From NCBI GenBank assembly GCA_963589585.1, contig CAVALG010000037.1, forward strand, positions 1 through 56,787: a stretch of DNA of 56,787 nt, read 5' to 3'. Positions within the stretch are counted from its first letter, which is position 1. Each line of letters begins with the position of its first letter. The position numbers were made by a program, and so were the translations under genes. Source of the DNA: Roseburia sp. AF12-17LB (GTDB lineage: Bacteria; Bacillota; Clostridia; Oscillospirales; Acutalibacteraceae). This document shows positions 8,238-17,187 of the stretch, one piece after another. Under the pieces are notes generated by a model that was not told the DNA's origin, did not search any database, and saw nothing but the letters and a program-made list of their open reading frames with translations.

Positions 8238-8540
8238 TTGAAATTAACAAAAGAATTAAGAGCAGAACACGAAACTGTTATTTCGAATCAAATTGCCAGA
8301 AGTGCAACAAGTGTTTATGCTAATATTGCAGAGAGTAAATATGGGCATAGCCGTGCTGATTTTATTGCTAAACTTGAAATTGCTCTAAAAGAAGCCAACG
8401 AAACAGGAAAATGGCTTGAGATGCTTTTTAAAACTGAATATATTGATGAAGCAACATATAAGTCTATTAATAAAACCTGTTCAACCATTCGTATTCTGCT
8501 GATTGCCTCAATCAAAACAGCTAAGGGAAATTCCAAATGA
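8238..8540 (+). CDS. Four-helix-bundle protein (23S rRNA intervening-sequence protein / Avd-like family), probably 5'-truncated
   Basis: ...VISNQIARSATSVYANIAESKYGHSRADFIAKLEIALKEANETGKWLEMLFKTEYI... matches the family core as I remember it (Q..RS..S...NIAE, F...L.IA.KE..E...WL). Only a TTG start is available, about 15-20 N-terminal residues appear to be missing, and a hairpin (8197..8229) sits directly upstream. Confidence 0.6.
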   Translation: MKLTKELRAEHETVISNQIARSATSVYANIAESKYGHSRADFIAKLEIALKEANETGKWLEMLFKTEYIDEATYKSINKTCSTIRILLIASIKTAKGNSK

Positions 8541-8688
8541 AAAAATCACTTTTGATATTAGTTATAATATTGGTGTTTTTTGTTTTTCCGGTTGTGGAAA
8601 CTCATCAAACATTAGTAACAAATCAAAAGAAAAGAATACAATTGATATATTTGAGGTTGATAAGCAAGCCCTTATAAAATTTTTCTAA
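8538..8688 (+). pseudogene. Remnant of a lipoprotein gene (signal peptide plus lipobox) disrupted by a frameshift in a T-run
   Basis: ATG 8538 gives MKKSLLILVIILVFFVF, then runs out of frame. The adjacent frame (track ORF 8503..8688) continues ...FCFSGCGNSSNISNKSKEKNTIDIFEVDKQALIKFF*. Joining the two across the ggtgttttttgtttttcc run restores a signal peptide and an FSGC lipobox. The mature part is only ~30 aa. Confidence 0.55.
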
Positions 8689-8984
8689 GAAACCGGAAGA
8701 TAGAAATTACTATTGTTCATCTCGATAAAAAGTAAACACAAACTATAAAGCTATATAAAGAATATCCGGCTTTTAAACCGGTTCTGGTTTGAGTGTCGGT
8801 CCTATGAAAAATGCAGTTTATATCCGGAAAATAAGTGCGCTTCGTTTTATGCGAGTCAAAGACGAGTGCTTAATGGCGGCGCTGCCGCCGCTTCATATTG
8901 CGCAGCAACGCTTCACACAACCAAATTTCGTTAAACAGTCATAAACACACCTTACGGTGTATAAAGAATAACGGGGGATTTTGA

Positions 8985-9521
8985 ATGAACATTACCGTAT
9001 ATCTCGGAGCAAGCAAAGGAAATGATCCATACCTGCAAAAAGCAGTCGAGGAATTGGGGACTTGGATTGGGGCAAGCGGAAACACACTGATCTACGGCGG
9101 TTCTAAATCCGGATTAATGGGCGTTATTGCGGATAGCGTTTTAAATGCCGGCGGCGAAGTAACCGGTGTTGAGCCTAAATTTTTTATTGAAAATGAATTT
9201 CAGCACAACGGTTTGACCGACTTGATTGTAACCAAAGATATGTCAGAACGCAAAAGCAAAATGATTGAGTTGGGTGATGCCTTTATAGCCTTCCCCGGTG
9301 GCACGGGAACATTAGAGGAAATCACCGAGGTAATGTCAAAGGTATCACTTAAGCATTTGAAAGCACCTTGTATTCTTTATAATCTGAACGGATACTACGA
9401 TGCTTTGAAAGCGCTTCTGGAACTTATGATTGAAAAGGGTCTTTCCTCCGAAAGGCGGCAGAGAGGAATATATTTCGCCGAAAATCTCGCGGATATAAAA
9501 CGAATTTTAGGATTAATTTAG
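8985..9521 (+). CDS. LOG family (TIGR00730-type) nucleotide 5'-monophosphate nucleosidase
   Basis: 178 aa with GGSKSGLMG and the PGGTGTLEE motif typical of LOG / 'lysine decarboxylase-like' proteins. Confidence 0.8.
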   Translation: MNITVYLGASKGNDPYLQKAVEELGTWIGASGNTLIYGGSKSGLMGVIADSVLNAGGEVTGVEPKFFIENEFQHNGLTDLIVTKDMSERKSKMIELGDAFIAFPGGTGTLEEITEVMSKVSLKHLKAPCILYNLNGYYDALKALLELMIEKGLSSERRQRGIYFAENLADIKRILGLI

Positions 9522-9616
9522 GTTGCCATTTGGCGGTGTTTATGTTAATATCTATATCGGCGGCTGCAAAAATTGCGGCAGTTTACAAACTATGCTATTT
9601 AAGGAATGGTTTTTAT

Positions 9617-10495
9617 ATGAGAAATTTAACAATTAAAAGAACAAAATGTTTTGTGGGTTGCCTTGCAAAAATGAAAATTTACATAGAAGATCCGCAATCG
9701 GGTGACACGGTTATAAGCGAAACGCCCTGCCGCAAAATAGGCGAACTTAAAAACGGTGAGGAAAAGACATTCCAAATAGGCGAACAGGCGACAAGAATTT
9801 TTGCCATAGCGGACAAGGTAAGTAAAAATTATTGCAACGAATACATTAAACTTCCCGAAGGCAATGGAGATATTTATCTTTCCGGACAAAACAAGTTTAA
9901 CCCTGCGAACGGGAACGCCTTCAGGTTTGATAATAATGAAAGTGCCGAAGTTCAGGCGCACCGTAAAAATTCAAACAAAAAAGGGCTTAAAATATTTATA
10001 ATCATAATGGCGGTTGCTGTTGTTGTAGGTTTATTGGCGGGTCTTGGAGCGGCACATATTAAAAGTTCGGGGAATGATGATAACTCCGCAAGCACATTTT
10101 CGGCAGACGGAATGAAAATAACATTATCCGATGAGTTTGAAGAAACAAAGGTCGGTTCATATACCGCCGCATACGACTCGGAAGATGTGGCAGTGTTTGC
10201 GTTAAAAGAATCTTTTAACCTTGTTAAAGGGTCTGAAAACTATTCGCTTCGCCAATATGCCCAATCGGTTATTGATGTAAATAATCTCGGCTCTGCCGAA
10301 ATAACCGAGTCCGGCGGGCTTACCCACTTTGAGTATGAAAACAAAACAAGCGGCGGATCGTTTAAATACATCACCTATGTATACAAGACGGATGACGCTT
10401 TTTGGCTGATTCAGTTTGCCGCAACGGATAAAAATGTTGAAAAATACGCTGACCAAATCACGAAATGGGCAAAATCCGTAACATTTGACAATTAA
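9617..10495 (+). CDS. Hypothetical single-pass membrane protein
   Basis: I placed the start at ATG 9617 (MRNLTIKRTK...). It has a cytoplasmic ~140-aa domain, one TM (IFIIIMAVAVVVGLLAGLGAA) and an extracytoplasmic ~130-aa domain. I did not recognise a family. Confidence 0.6.
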   Translation: MRNLTIKRTKCFVGCLAKMKIYIEDPQSGDTVISETPCRKIGELKNGEEKTFQIGEQATRIFAIADKVSKNYCNEYIKLPEGNGDIYLSGQNKFNPANGNAFRFDNNESAEVQAHRKNSNKKGLKIFIIIMAVAVVVGLLAGLGAAHIKSSGNDDNSASTFSADGMKITLSDEFEETKVGSYTAAYDSEDVAVFALKESFNLVKGSENYSLRQYAQSVIDVNNLGSAEITESGGLTHFEYENKTSGGSFKYITYVYKTDDAFWLIQFAATDKNVEKYADQITKWAKSVTFDN

Positions 10496-10519
10496 ATCGG
10501 TAATACAAAAGAAAAAAAT

Positions 10520-10563
10520 AAGCGTCGGCAATTGGAATTTAAACCTCCCGTTTGCCGACGCTT
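10520..10563. terminator. Bidirectional terminator between convergent genes
   Basis: AAGCGTCGGCAA...TTGCCGACGCTT, a 12-bp stem flanked by A-runs and T-runs. Confidence 0.7.
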
Positions 10564-10582
10564 ATCTGCTTTTAAAATAAAA

Positions 10583-10816
10583 TTATTCGTGCTTGCTGAG
10601 CCAATCTTCAGCTTTTGCTTTGCTGATAGACTTAATTGATTCGGTAGGATACGCGGAATCTTCGCCGCCGTTGCAATAGAGGAACATATACCCTGCCGGT
10701 GTTTCATACAGGCTTTCTTCGTATCCGCACGGATCGCCGAAAGTGCCGCTTGTGAATTTTTTTACAAGTGTAGCCGTTTCGGTATCGTATTCGCGTTTAC
10801 TGATTATTTTTTTCAT
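10583..10816 (-). CDS. Small hypothetical protein (77 aa)
   Basis: MKKIISKREYDTETATLVKKFTSGTFGDPCGYEESLYETPAGYMFLYCNGGEDSAY... SD AAGGAG lies 11 nt before ATG 10816. The track's longer N-terminus is not supported by an SD. Confidence 0.6.
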   Translation of the reverse strand: MKKIISKREYDTETATLVKKFTSGTFGDPCGYEESLYETPAGYMFLYCNGGEDSAYPTESIKSISKAKAEDWLSKHE

Positions 10817-10892
10817 ATATTGCATCTCCTTTTCGGTTTGTGTAATAGGTTTTAAGACAAAACCTGCCCTATACCTATATATTACCACGCCT

Positions 10893-11321
10893 TTACGGCG
10901 TTTTTGGTTGAAATCTGTCGGCTATTTTGCGTGAAGATATATCATCGCGCCAATCATAATCGCCATCAATTACATTTATGGGATGATTATTGATTATAAC
11001 AGTGTCTCTTCCGCCCCACGAAACAGTTGCGCCGTTCACCCCTGTTTCCCAATAAATGTTTCGGGTTTTGCCCGTTGCCGTTTCCTTAACCTCTGCCCTT
11101 ACAGCACGGTCAAGTGTCCCGCTCTCAGGTATTTCAAACACCTTTACCGAATATTTACGGTTGGGGGAAACGGTTGTATTAAGCAAGTTCCCGTCTGGGA
11201 GAACTTCCATATCATAAAAAAGCGAATCTTTAACAAAAAACAGTATATTTACAAGGGTAACCGCAAGGGCTACAAAACTAAAAATGGTTCCGAATTTTTG
11301 GTTATGAAATCTTTTTTTCAT
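10893..11321 (-). CDS. Membrane-anchored hypothetical protein (resembles the DUF5412 family)
   Basis: MKKRFHNQKFGTIFSFVALAVTLVNILFFV, then SPNRKYSVKVFEIPESGTLDRAVRAEV...IYWE. The family assignment is from memory only. Confidence 0.5.
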   Translation of the reverse strand: MKKRFHNQKFGTIFSFVALAVTLVNILFFVKDSLFYDMEVLPDGNLLNTTVSPNRKYSVKVFEIPESGTLDRAVRAEVKETATGKTRNIYWETGVNGATVSWGGRDTVIINNHPINVIDGDYDWRDDISSRKIADRFQPKTP

Positions 11322-11383
11322 AAGATCACCGTCTGCCAAAGCAAATGTTTAAGTTATAGGCTGAATGCGGATATATCCGATAT

Positions 11384-11410
11384 AATAAAACAACCGCCCT
11401 ATTGGGCGGC
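11384..11410 (-). terminator. Terminator of the orphan 5S gene
   Basis: Minus strand: CCGCCC-aata-GGGCGG followed by TTGTTTTATTATA. Confidence 0.6.
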
Positions 11411-11421
11411 CGCTTCAGTTG

Positions 11422-11539
<118 letters not shown>

Positions 11540-11567
11540 GCTTGTTCCTCTTTAGAGGACGCTACTA

Positions 11568-11596
11568 ATAATATCACATCATTGTCGAAAATGCAA
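11568..11596 (-). promoter_or_regulatory. Promoter of the orphan 5S gene (TTGCAT-17-TATTAT)
   Basis: Minus strand has TTGCAT (11596..11591), a 17-nt spacer and TATTAT (11573..11568), ~30 nt before the mature 5' end. Confidence 0.5.
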
Positions 11597-11631
11597 GGCT
11601 TTTTTAATTTTTTTCTGTATAAATTAAATTT

Positions 11632-12480
11632 TCAGCAAAAGTGCACATTTTCAGCCATATTTTTAAGCTGAATATTGTAGTTATTTACCGCAAATTTCAC
11701 ATAGGTCATATAGGATGTAATGATATACGGGCCCACAAAAACAAGGGGGATTACCAAAACAGATAAAAGAATATAGCCGAAAAAGCTGAGAATGAAGCCC
11801 ATTGTTTGCGTGGTGTAGCGCGCAAACACCCTCATCGTTATCGGGAAAAGTTTTTCCGGTTTAACATCATCATACATTACGACCATCGGTAAATAATTTA
11901 TAAGTCTTGCCCAAACAAAGACAAGCGCAACATATCCCATAAGGCGCAGCGCCCGTATGAGTGTGCCCGCAGCGCCGAACGAACTCGGCATATTGCCGCC
12001 GAAGAGCTGATACAAGCGGGGCGAGGCTATGAGTGATGTTATATACGTCGGCAGCATACAGACAAAGCCGGCAGCAATCGACGCCGCCCAAAAAATCGCG
12101 GTCGCTTTAAGGGCGCGGAGATATACATTTTTTGACGAAAAGTAATAGAACAGCGTTTCAACCCCGTCATACATACCGCAGCAGGCACGCCAAAACCAGC
12201 GCAGCAATCCCAATATCACCGGGAGAAGCACAAACAGTTTAACGGCGACCGTAATAAGCGTCGCCAGAGCGTCACGCAAATTGAACAGCAATTCCAACTT
12301 TGACGGGAATATTGCACTCCACGCGCCGTTGGCACGGAAGATAAGCATAACAAGTGATGAAAACAGGCTGTACGCAATGTAGATCGTAGCGGCAACGGTA
12401 AACACGGCTGCCGCCGTAAGCCATTTATCTTTAAGCGTTTTTTTGGCGCTTTGTTTAGCAGCCCATTTATTAATGTACAT
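11632..12480 (-). CDS. Integral membrane protein (DUF975-like)
   Basis: 282 aa with about six hydrophobic segments. The N-terminus KQSAKKTLKDKWLTAAAV resembles the DUF975 start. Weak assignment. Confidence 0.55.
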   Translation of the reverse strand: MYINKWAAKQSAKKTLKDKWLTAAAVFTVAATIYIAYSLFSSLVMLIFRANGAWSAIFPSKLELLFNLRDALATLITVAVKLFVLLPVILGLLRWFWRACCGMYDGVETLFYYFSSKNVYLRALKATAIFWAASIAAGFVCMLPTYITSLIASPRLYQLFGGNMPSSFGAAGTLIRALRLMGYVALVFVWARLINYLPMVVMYDDVKPEKLFPITMRVFARYTTQTMGFILSFFGYILLSVLVIPLVFVGPYIITSYMTYVKFAVNNYNIQLKNMAENVHFC

Positions 12481-12611
12481 TTTGCCACCTCTTTATTCAA
12501 TAAATATTTTATCATCCGCCCGAAAAAAATTGTTAACTGTCGGTAAATATTCTTGCTATTTTACATATTTAAAGGTATTATAATATTAAAGTATGTTTAG
12601 GATGGTGCGTA

Positions 12612-13676
12612 ATGTCAACAGAAAAGTATTTATTTGATCATACAAAAGACGGAAGACCCGTTCACGCCTATAAAATTTCCCGCGGCGACATATCGGTAAC
12701 GGTACTTGATTACGGCGCAACTTTGCACTCCTTCACCTGCCCCGACAAAAGCGGCGCGCCGACCGATATTGTTTTAGGTTTTGATGAATTAAAGCCCTAC
12801 GAGGAGGGCTGCGGTTATATCGGCGCGACGGTCGGGCGGTTTGCCAACAGAATAGAAAAAGGGCGGTTTGTTTTAAACGGAAAACAATACAATCTTTTTG
12901 TCAACAACGGCCCTAACCACCTGCACGGCGGAAAACAAGGTTTCAGCAGCAAGATATTTGATGTTTGCGGGATTGGTGACAGTCAAATAAAAATGAGCTA
13001 CACAAGCCCCGACCTTGAGGAAGGATATCCCGGCAAGCTCGACCTTACGGTTACCTTTTCATTACAGGACGGGGGTGTGTTCAAGATAGAATATAATGCC
13101 GAAAGCGACGCGGACACCGTTATCAATCTGACAAATCATTCCTACTTCAATCTTAACGGTGCCGACAGCGGCGAGAGCGTGGATAACCACAAAATAGCGA
13201 TTTTTGCCGACAGTTTTTGCGAAAACGACACCGATTGTTTGCCGACAGGCAAAATAATCCCGGTTGACGGAACGGATATGGATTTAAGGAAACCGGTTGC
13301 ACTCGGCGGGCGGCTTGGTTCAAAATACAAGGCCATATCCGACTTCGGCGGATATGACAACTGCTTTATTATGCACACGGAAACGGTAAACAATCCGCTT
13401 GCCGTCTGCGCCGAGGTGCACAGTGACGAAAGCGGCATTACGCTTGAATGCGCAACCACGCTGCCTGCAATTCAATTATACACGGGCAACTGCATTGAAA
13501 GTGATGTTAAGGACATCGGCAAATACGGAATTAAATATAAAAAACACGGGGCGCTGTGTCTTGAAACGCAGAATTTCCCCAACTCAACAGAACACAAGAA
13601 CTTCCCCTCCCCTGTTCTTAAAAAGGGCGAAAAATACCATACTGAAACCTGTTACAAGGTAAGTACGAAAAAATAG
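12612..13676 (+). CDS. galM: Aldose 1-epimerase (galactose mutarotase)
   Basis: 354 aa with GATVGRFANRI, NHLHGG and the TNHSYFNL motifs of mutarotases. Confidence 0.9.
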   Translation: MSTEKYLFDHTKDGRPVHAYKISRGDISVTVLDYGATLHSFTCPDKSGAPTDIVLGFDELKPYEEGCGYIGATVGRFANRIEKGRFVLNGKQYNLFVNNGPNHLHGGKQGFSSKIFDVCGIGDSQIKMSYTSPDLEEGYPGKLDLTVTFSLQDGGVFKIEYNAESDADTVINLTNHSYFNLNGADSGESVDNHKIAIFADSFCENDTDCLPTGKIIPVDGTDMDLRKPVALGGRLGSKYKAISDFGGYDNCFIMHTETVNNPLAVCAEVHSDESGITLECATTLPAIQLYTGNCIESDVKDIGKYGIKYKKHGALCLETQNFPNSTEHKNFPSPVLKKGEKYHTETCYKVSTKK

Positions 13677-13685
13677 ATTATGCAG

Positions 13686-13715
13686 ATATGCGTGCGGTTG
13701 TAACCGCACGCATAT
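13686..13715. terminator. Bidirectional terminator between galM and the CotH gene
   Basis: ATATGCGTGCGGTT-GT-AACCGCACGCATAT. Confidence 0.7.
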
Positions 13716-13716
13716 T

Positions 13717-15726
13717 TTATCGCTTATAGATAAAGGCAAAACAGAGCCCCAACAGCAGAACGGCTGCACTTACTGCAATCATAATCGGCGGCAGCGAAGA
13801 AGCGGAACTCCGGGGCTGCGTTTGCACTTCGTTCCCCGTATTATCGCTGCCCGGTTTTTGAGGGAAGTTTTGACCTTTATTCTGCATATCGCCGAAATCG
13901 GGTCCTTCATTGCTGTCGGTCTGCTCAGAAGTCTCGCCGTTTTGGTTGTTTTCGTCGTCTGTTTTGCGTGAAGGCGGGGCTTTTCTATCGGTATCCGATT
14001 TTTCCGTCTTGCTCCCCGACGCATCTGCTGTACCATCGGAATTTACGGTTTCATCGGCGTTTGATTTTGACTTGCCGGCATTATTCTCCCGTTCTGTATT
14101 TGAATTTCCCCGATTCTTACCGCCGCCCATAGAACCCATATCGTCAACCGAAATACCGTCGACATTAATCAAGCTGTCGGTATCGTTTTGGCGACCGTCC
14201 GATGTTGTGGCAATTGTGCCGTCAAGTTGCGCAGTTACACTTTCTGCACGAAGCAGACAGAATTCTTTAAGTGTTTCGGCACCCTTTTGAAACTCCTCAT
14301 ATGTGCAGAATTTTGTAGGGTCTTTGCTGACATATGGTGAAATCATTGAAATTACACTGTCTACCGTTTCTTCAAAATATCCGCTTTCAAAATATTTGTT
14401 AATAAACTCGCTTAGATATTTGTGGTACAGTTCGGTATATTCCTCATCTTCAAAAATCCACGCTATCATCGGGCGGTCTGCTGTATCTCCGCCCGAAACA
14501 GGCGAATCAATGGGGTAATTCACAAGTTCGGTTGCTCCGCTCTCTGACTTAAATCCGCCGAACGCAAGGTTATAATCCCAGGGAATCATCTGCATTTGCC
14601 CGTCTTTTTCGTACAAATAGTAATTATGAACCATAGAGCCTGTGTAGCTGTCAAAATTCAGTACAAAATTATGCACGGCAAAATAACGGATAACCGACTC
14701 TGTGTCCACAGTGCTTTCCAAATCTTTGCCCTCACTTAAATTCTTAAGTGATTTAATCAAGCGGGTTTTGTCGCTCTCGGTAATATCAGTTTTGGCGTTA
14801 TTAAAAATGTTCGGGTAACTGTCGGCATCGTCGTCTGTATATTTAAGAAGGACATCATCACTGCCGCTTCCCACATCTGCACCCGGTGCGGCAAATTTAT
14901 CGCCGGTATTGCCCGTGCCGTCATTAGGCAAATCAGGCACGGTGAAGCCCGTATCGGACCCGTCTTCGGCGCTTGGCATTTGCGGCGGAGCGCCGTTTTC
15001 ACCACCGAAGCCCGATAACTTTTCATCAGTATTTGCGGTTTTCGGGTCAAATTCCTCCTGCAGGTCTTCTTCGTCAAACTCCTTGCCGTTACCTCGTCCG
15101 CCGCCCATACTGCTGTTGTCGGGCTTATAGAGTTCGCCGCTGTCATTTCCGTAATTGCGTTTTAGAAAAGCGTCCTCAACACCCTCTACCGCCAGGTAAA
15201 GCCCCCAATCTTCACCGTTTACGGTTATATAGACAAAACTGCAAAGCGGAGAAGCAACGCCCATATCCCGCATCATTGTATAACAAAGATAGTCCTTCAT
15301 ATAGGTGTTATCCTGAATTATATTATTAAGGCACAATTTATCAAGCCCGTAATAACTGCCTGTACTGTCATAATGGTCAAACTCAATTTTAAAACTGTAA
15401 CGGTTGTTCCCGTAGGACTTTACCTGCGTAAGCGATGTGTTTCCCTTACCGCGGATTGCAACATTTTTATACGCCTCGTTATCTATTACAAGCGTGGCGG
15501 CATAATATTCTTCACTTTCGCAATTTGAAATAAATTCATCCCAATTGTCCATAACAATGTTGATATTATGGACCGTGGCGGTATCAAACAATTTACTTTC
15601 ATATCCCATTGCGGCAGACGCCTTTTGAACACCTAACTTTTCGGCATTTATGAAAGCTGCAGTCAAAAGAAGCGTAAGAACAAGGATAACACAACAAATT
15701 TTATCAATGTGCTTGTGTGTTGACAT
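13717..15726 (-). CDS. cotH: CotH-family atypical kinase, membrane-anchored at both ends, with a low-complexity tail
   Basis: 669 aa. N-terminal signal anchor (ICCVILVLTLLLTAAFINA), CotH core (ATLVIDNEAYKNVAIRGKGNTSL, YSFKIEFDHY, GLYLAVEG), a ~150-aa D/S/N/G/T/E-rich tail, then a C-terminal TM (LPPIMIAVSAAVLLLGLCFAFIYKR). Confidence 0.85.
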   Translation of the reverse strand: MSTHKHIDKICCVILVLTLLLTAAFINAEKLGVQKASAAMGYESKLFDTATVHNINIVMDNWDEFISNCESEEYYAATLVIDNEAYKNVAIRGKGNTSLTQVKSYGNNRYSFKIEFDHYDSTGSYYGLDKLCLNNIIQDNTYMKDYLCYTMMRDMGVASPLCSFVYITVNGEDWGLYLAVEGVEDAFLKRNYGNDSGELYKPDNSSMGGGRGNGKEFDEEDLQEEFDPKTANTDEKLSGFGGENGAPPQMPSAEDGSDTGFTVPDLPNDGTGNTGDKFAAPGADVGSGSDDVLLKYTDDDADSYPNIFNNAKTDITESDKTRLIKSLKNLSEGKDLESTVDTESVIRYFAVHNFVLNFDSYTGSMVHNYYLYEKDGQMQMIPWDYNLAFGGFKSESGATELVNYPIDSPVSGGDTADRPMIAWIFEDEEYTELYHKYLSEFINKYFESGYFEETVDSVISMISPYVSKDPTKFCTYEEFQKGAETLKEFCLLRAESVTAQLDGTIATTSDGRQNDTDSLINVDGISVDDMGSMGGGKNRGNSNTERENNAGKSKSNADETVNSDGTADASGSKTEKSDTDRKAPPSRKTDDENNQNGETSEQTDSNEGPDFGDMQNKGQNFPQKPGSDNTGNEVQTQPRSSASSLPPIMIAVSAAVLLLGLCFAFIYKR

Positions 15727-15738
15727 AACTTACCTCCG

Positions 15739-16410
15739 TCAACCCATATATTCGCCGTTGTAGCTTACAAGCACGGCGCTGTTTACGCCATCAACCGAAC
15801 TGAGGGTATTGATAAAATCGGTATTTTCATTTTTAAGGCGGACTTCAAGATTAAGTTCAATTAAATCTTTAGCGGCGGTTTTGCTTTTAACCACACATTT
15901 TTTAACATTGTTTTTAAGCAACTCCATTGCCCTTGTCTCCGATTCGGAATCTACACAGGAAATCACAACTATATAGGGATTGCAATGTGGTTTTTTGTTT
16001 ACAAACACAATAAGAATTACGCCTATTATCACACTGCCGATAACCGCAAGCGGAATCATACCTGCAGCAAGCACAATTCCTACCGCTATTGACCAAAACA
16101 AGAACGCGATATCAAGCGGTTCTTTTATAGCGGTACGAAAACGCACTATAGAAAGTGCGCCGACCATACCGAGTGAAAGCACCACATTTGAAGTTACGGC
16201 GAGGATAACTACTGTGGTTATCATTGTAAGCGCAACCAGTGTTGTGCCGAAACTTGAAGAATACATAACGCCCTGATAGGTTCTTTTATAAACAAGGAAA
16301 ATAAACATTCCTATACCGAAAGCAAGAACTAAGGCAATAGCCATATCCAGAATACTTACGCTTGTAACATTTTCAAGAAAACTTGATTTAAAAATATCAT
16401 TGAAAGTCAT
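15739..16410 (-). CDS. DUF4956 family membrane protein
   Basis: I placed the start at ATG 16410 (MTFNDIFKSSFLENV; SD GGAG upstream). It has several TM segments and the VRFRTAIKEPLDIAFLFW motif. Confidence 0.75.
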   Translation of the reverse strand: MTFNDIFKSSFLENVTSVSILDMAIALVLAFGIGMFIFLVYKRTYQGVMYSSSFGTTLVALTMITTVVILAVTSNVVLSLGMVGALSIVRFRTAIKEPLDIAFLFWSIAVGIVLAAGMIPLAVIGSVIIGVILIVFVNKKPHCNPYIVVISCVDSESETRAMELLKNNVKKCVVKSKTAAKDLIELNLEVRLKNENTDFINTLSSVDGVNSAVLVSYNGEYMG

Positions 16411-16432
16411 ATCATTTACTCCTTCTTGTTTT

Positions 16433-17101
16433 TTAGCCGTATATACGGCAAGCGGCATATTTTGAAAACGCCGTGACGCGCCGCCCCGGCAGTTGCACGG
16501 CATCGCGGATAATATCGGGCAGATATTCGTCCCACTTTACTTCAAGCACAATGGGCGATTCCCCTGCAGGAACGGTAACGCAATCCGGGTTTAGAAAATC
16601 GGTGCATTTTATGCCGGTTCTGATATTATAATCGATTGTAACGCGGACATTCCCCTGCGGAAACACAAACGGTTCGCGCGTATAATCAACAATTGTTTTT
16701 GGGCGCAATCCACCTGTTATTTTGCTGTAAAATTCAGATATTAAGGAACTTCTCTCTGCTGTCATCCAACCGTAATCGCCCTGCGCTATCGCCTGCGCCT
16801 CACTTTTCGACAGCAGCACGGTTTGTTTGGCGCACAACCCGTTTATTTTACTTTTCTTCTCTAATTTAATAACAGAAGAATCACCGTTATAAATGCGTAT
16901 ACGAAATTTTTCACGCATATTTACGCCGTCTGTTTTTTCTCTTAACGCCTTATCCGACGCAGTATCAAAATACAGGCTGCGTATAAAATATTTGCCGCCT
17001 ATTGTATGAGGGTCGGGTTTGGCTATGGCAGACAAACGGCTGCGCAAGCAAAGCATATCACAATAGTTTATTTCGTGCTTCCATTCGTTTCGGTATTTCA
17101 T
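16433..17101 (-). CDS. VTC-domain (polyphosphate polymerase catalytic domain) protein
   Basis: 222 aa: MKYRNEWKHEI...KYFIRSLYFDT...FRIRIY...VLEVKWD. No TM segments. SD GAGAGGTG upstream. Confidence 0.75.
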   Translation of the reverse strand: MKYRNEWKHEINYCDMLCLRSRLSAIAKPDPHTIGGKYFIRSLYFDTASDKALREKTDGVNMREKFRIRIYNGDSSVIKLEKKSKINGLCAKQTVLLSKSEAQAIAQGDYGWMTAERSSLISEFYSKITGGLRPKTIVDYTREPFVFPQGNVRVTIDYNIRTGIKCTDFLNPDCVTVPAGESPIVLEVKWDEYLPDIIRDAVQLPGRRVTAFSKYAACRIYG

Positions 17102-17125
17102 ATTTTCACCTCTCTCATAAAAAAT

Positions 17126-17158
17126 CTCCTGTACTTTGACAATGTCATTGTACAGGAG
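17126..17158 (-). terminator. Hairpin between the histidine kinase and the VTC gene
   Basis: CTCCTGTAC..(inner TGAC/GTCA stem)..GTACAGGAG, followed on the minus strand by ATTTTTT, just before the VTC SD. Confidence 0.55.
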
Positions 17159-17187
17159 AAAGATTGAAAAATTATTGAAAGCATATT

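Noticed and set aside
8238-8540. Diversity-generating retroelement (the four-helix-bundle protein resembles Avd)
   Set aside because: No reverse transcriptase gene and no template/variable repeat pair are visible in the window. The gene itself looks truncated.
9530-9616. Track N-terminal extension of the membrane protein (start at 9530), and similar long N-termini at 16503, 19177, 22447, 24595, 28603, 36627, 37887, 46955 and 51794
   Set aside because: In each case an internal ATG or GTG with a proper SD gives the family-typical N-terminus. The extensions overlap upstream genes or lack SDs.
13800-14110. Apparent low-complexity or repetitive DNA
   Set aside because: It encodes the D/S/N/G/T/E-rich tail of the CotH protein in frame. 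I saw no exact tandem DNA repeat unit.
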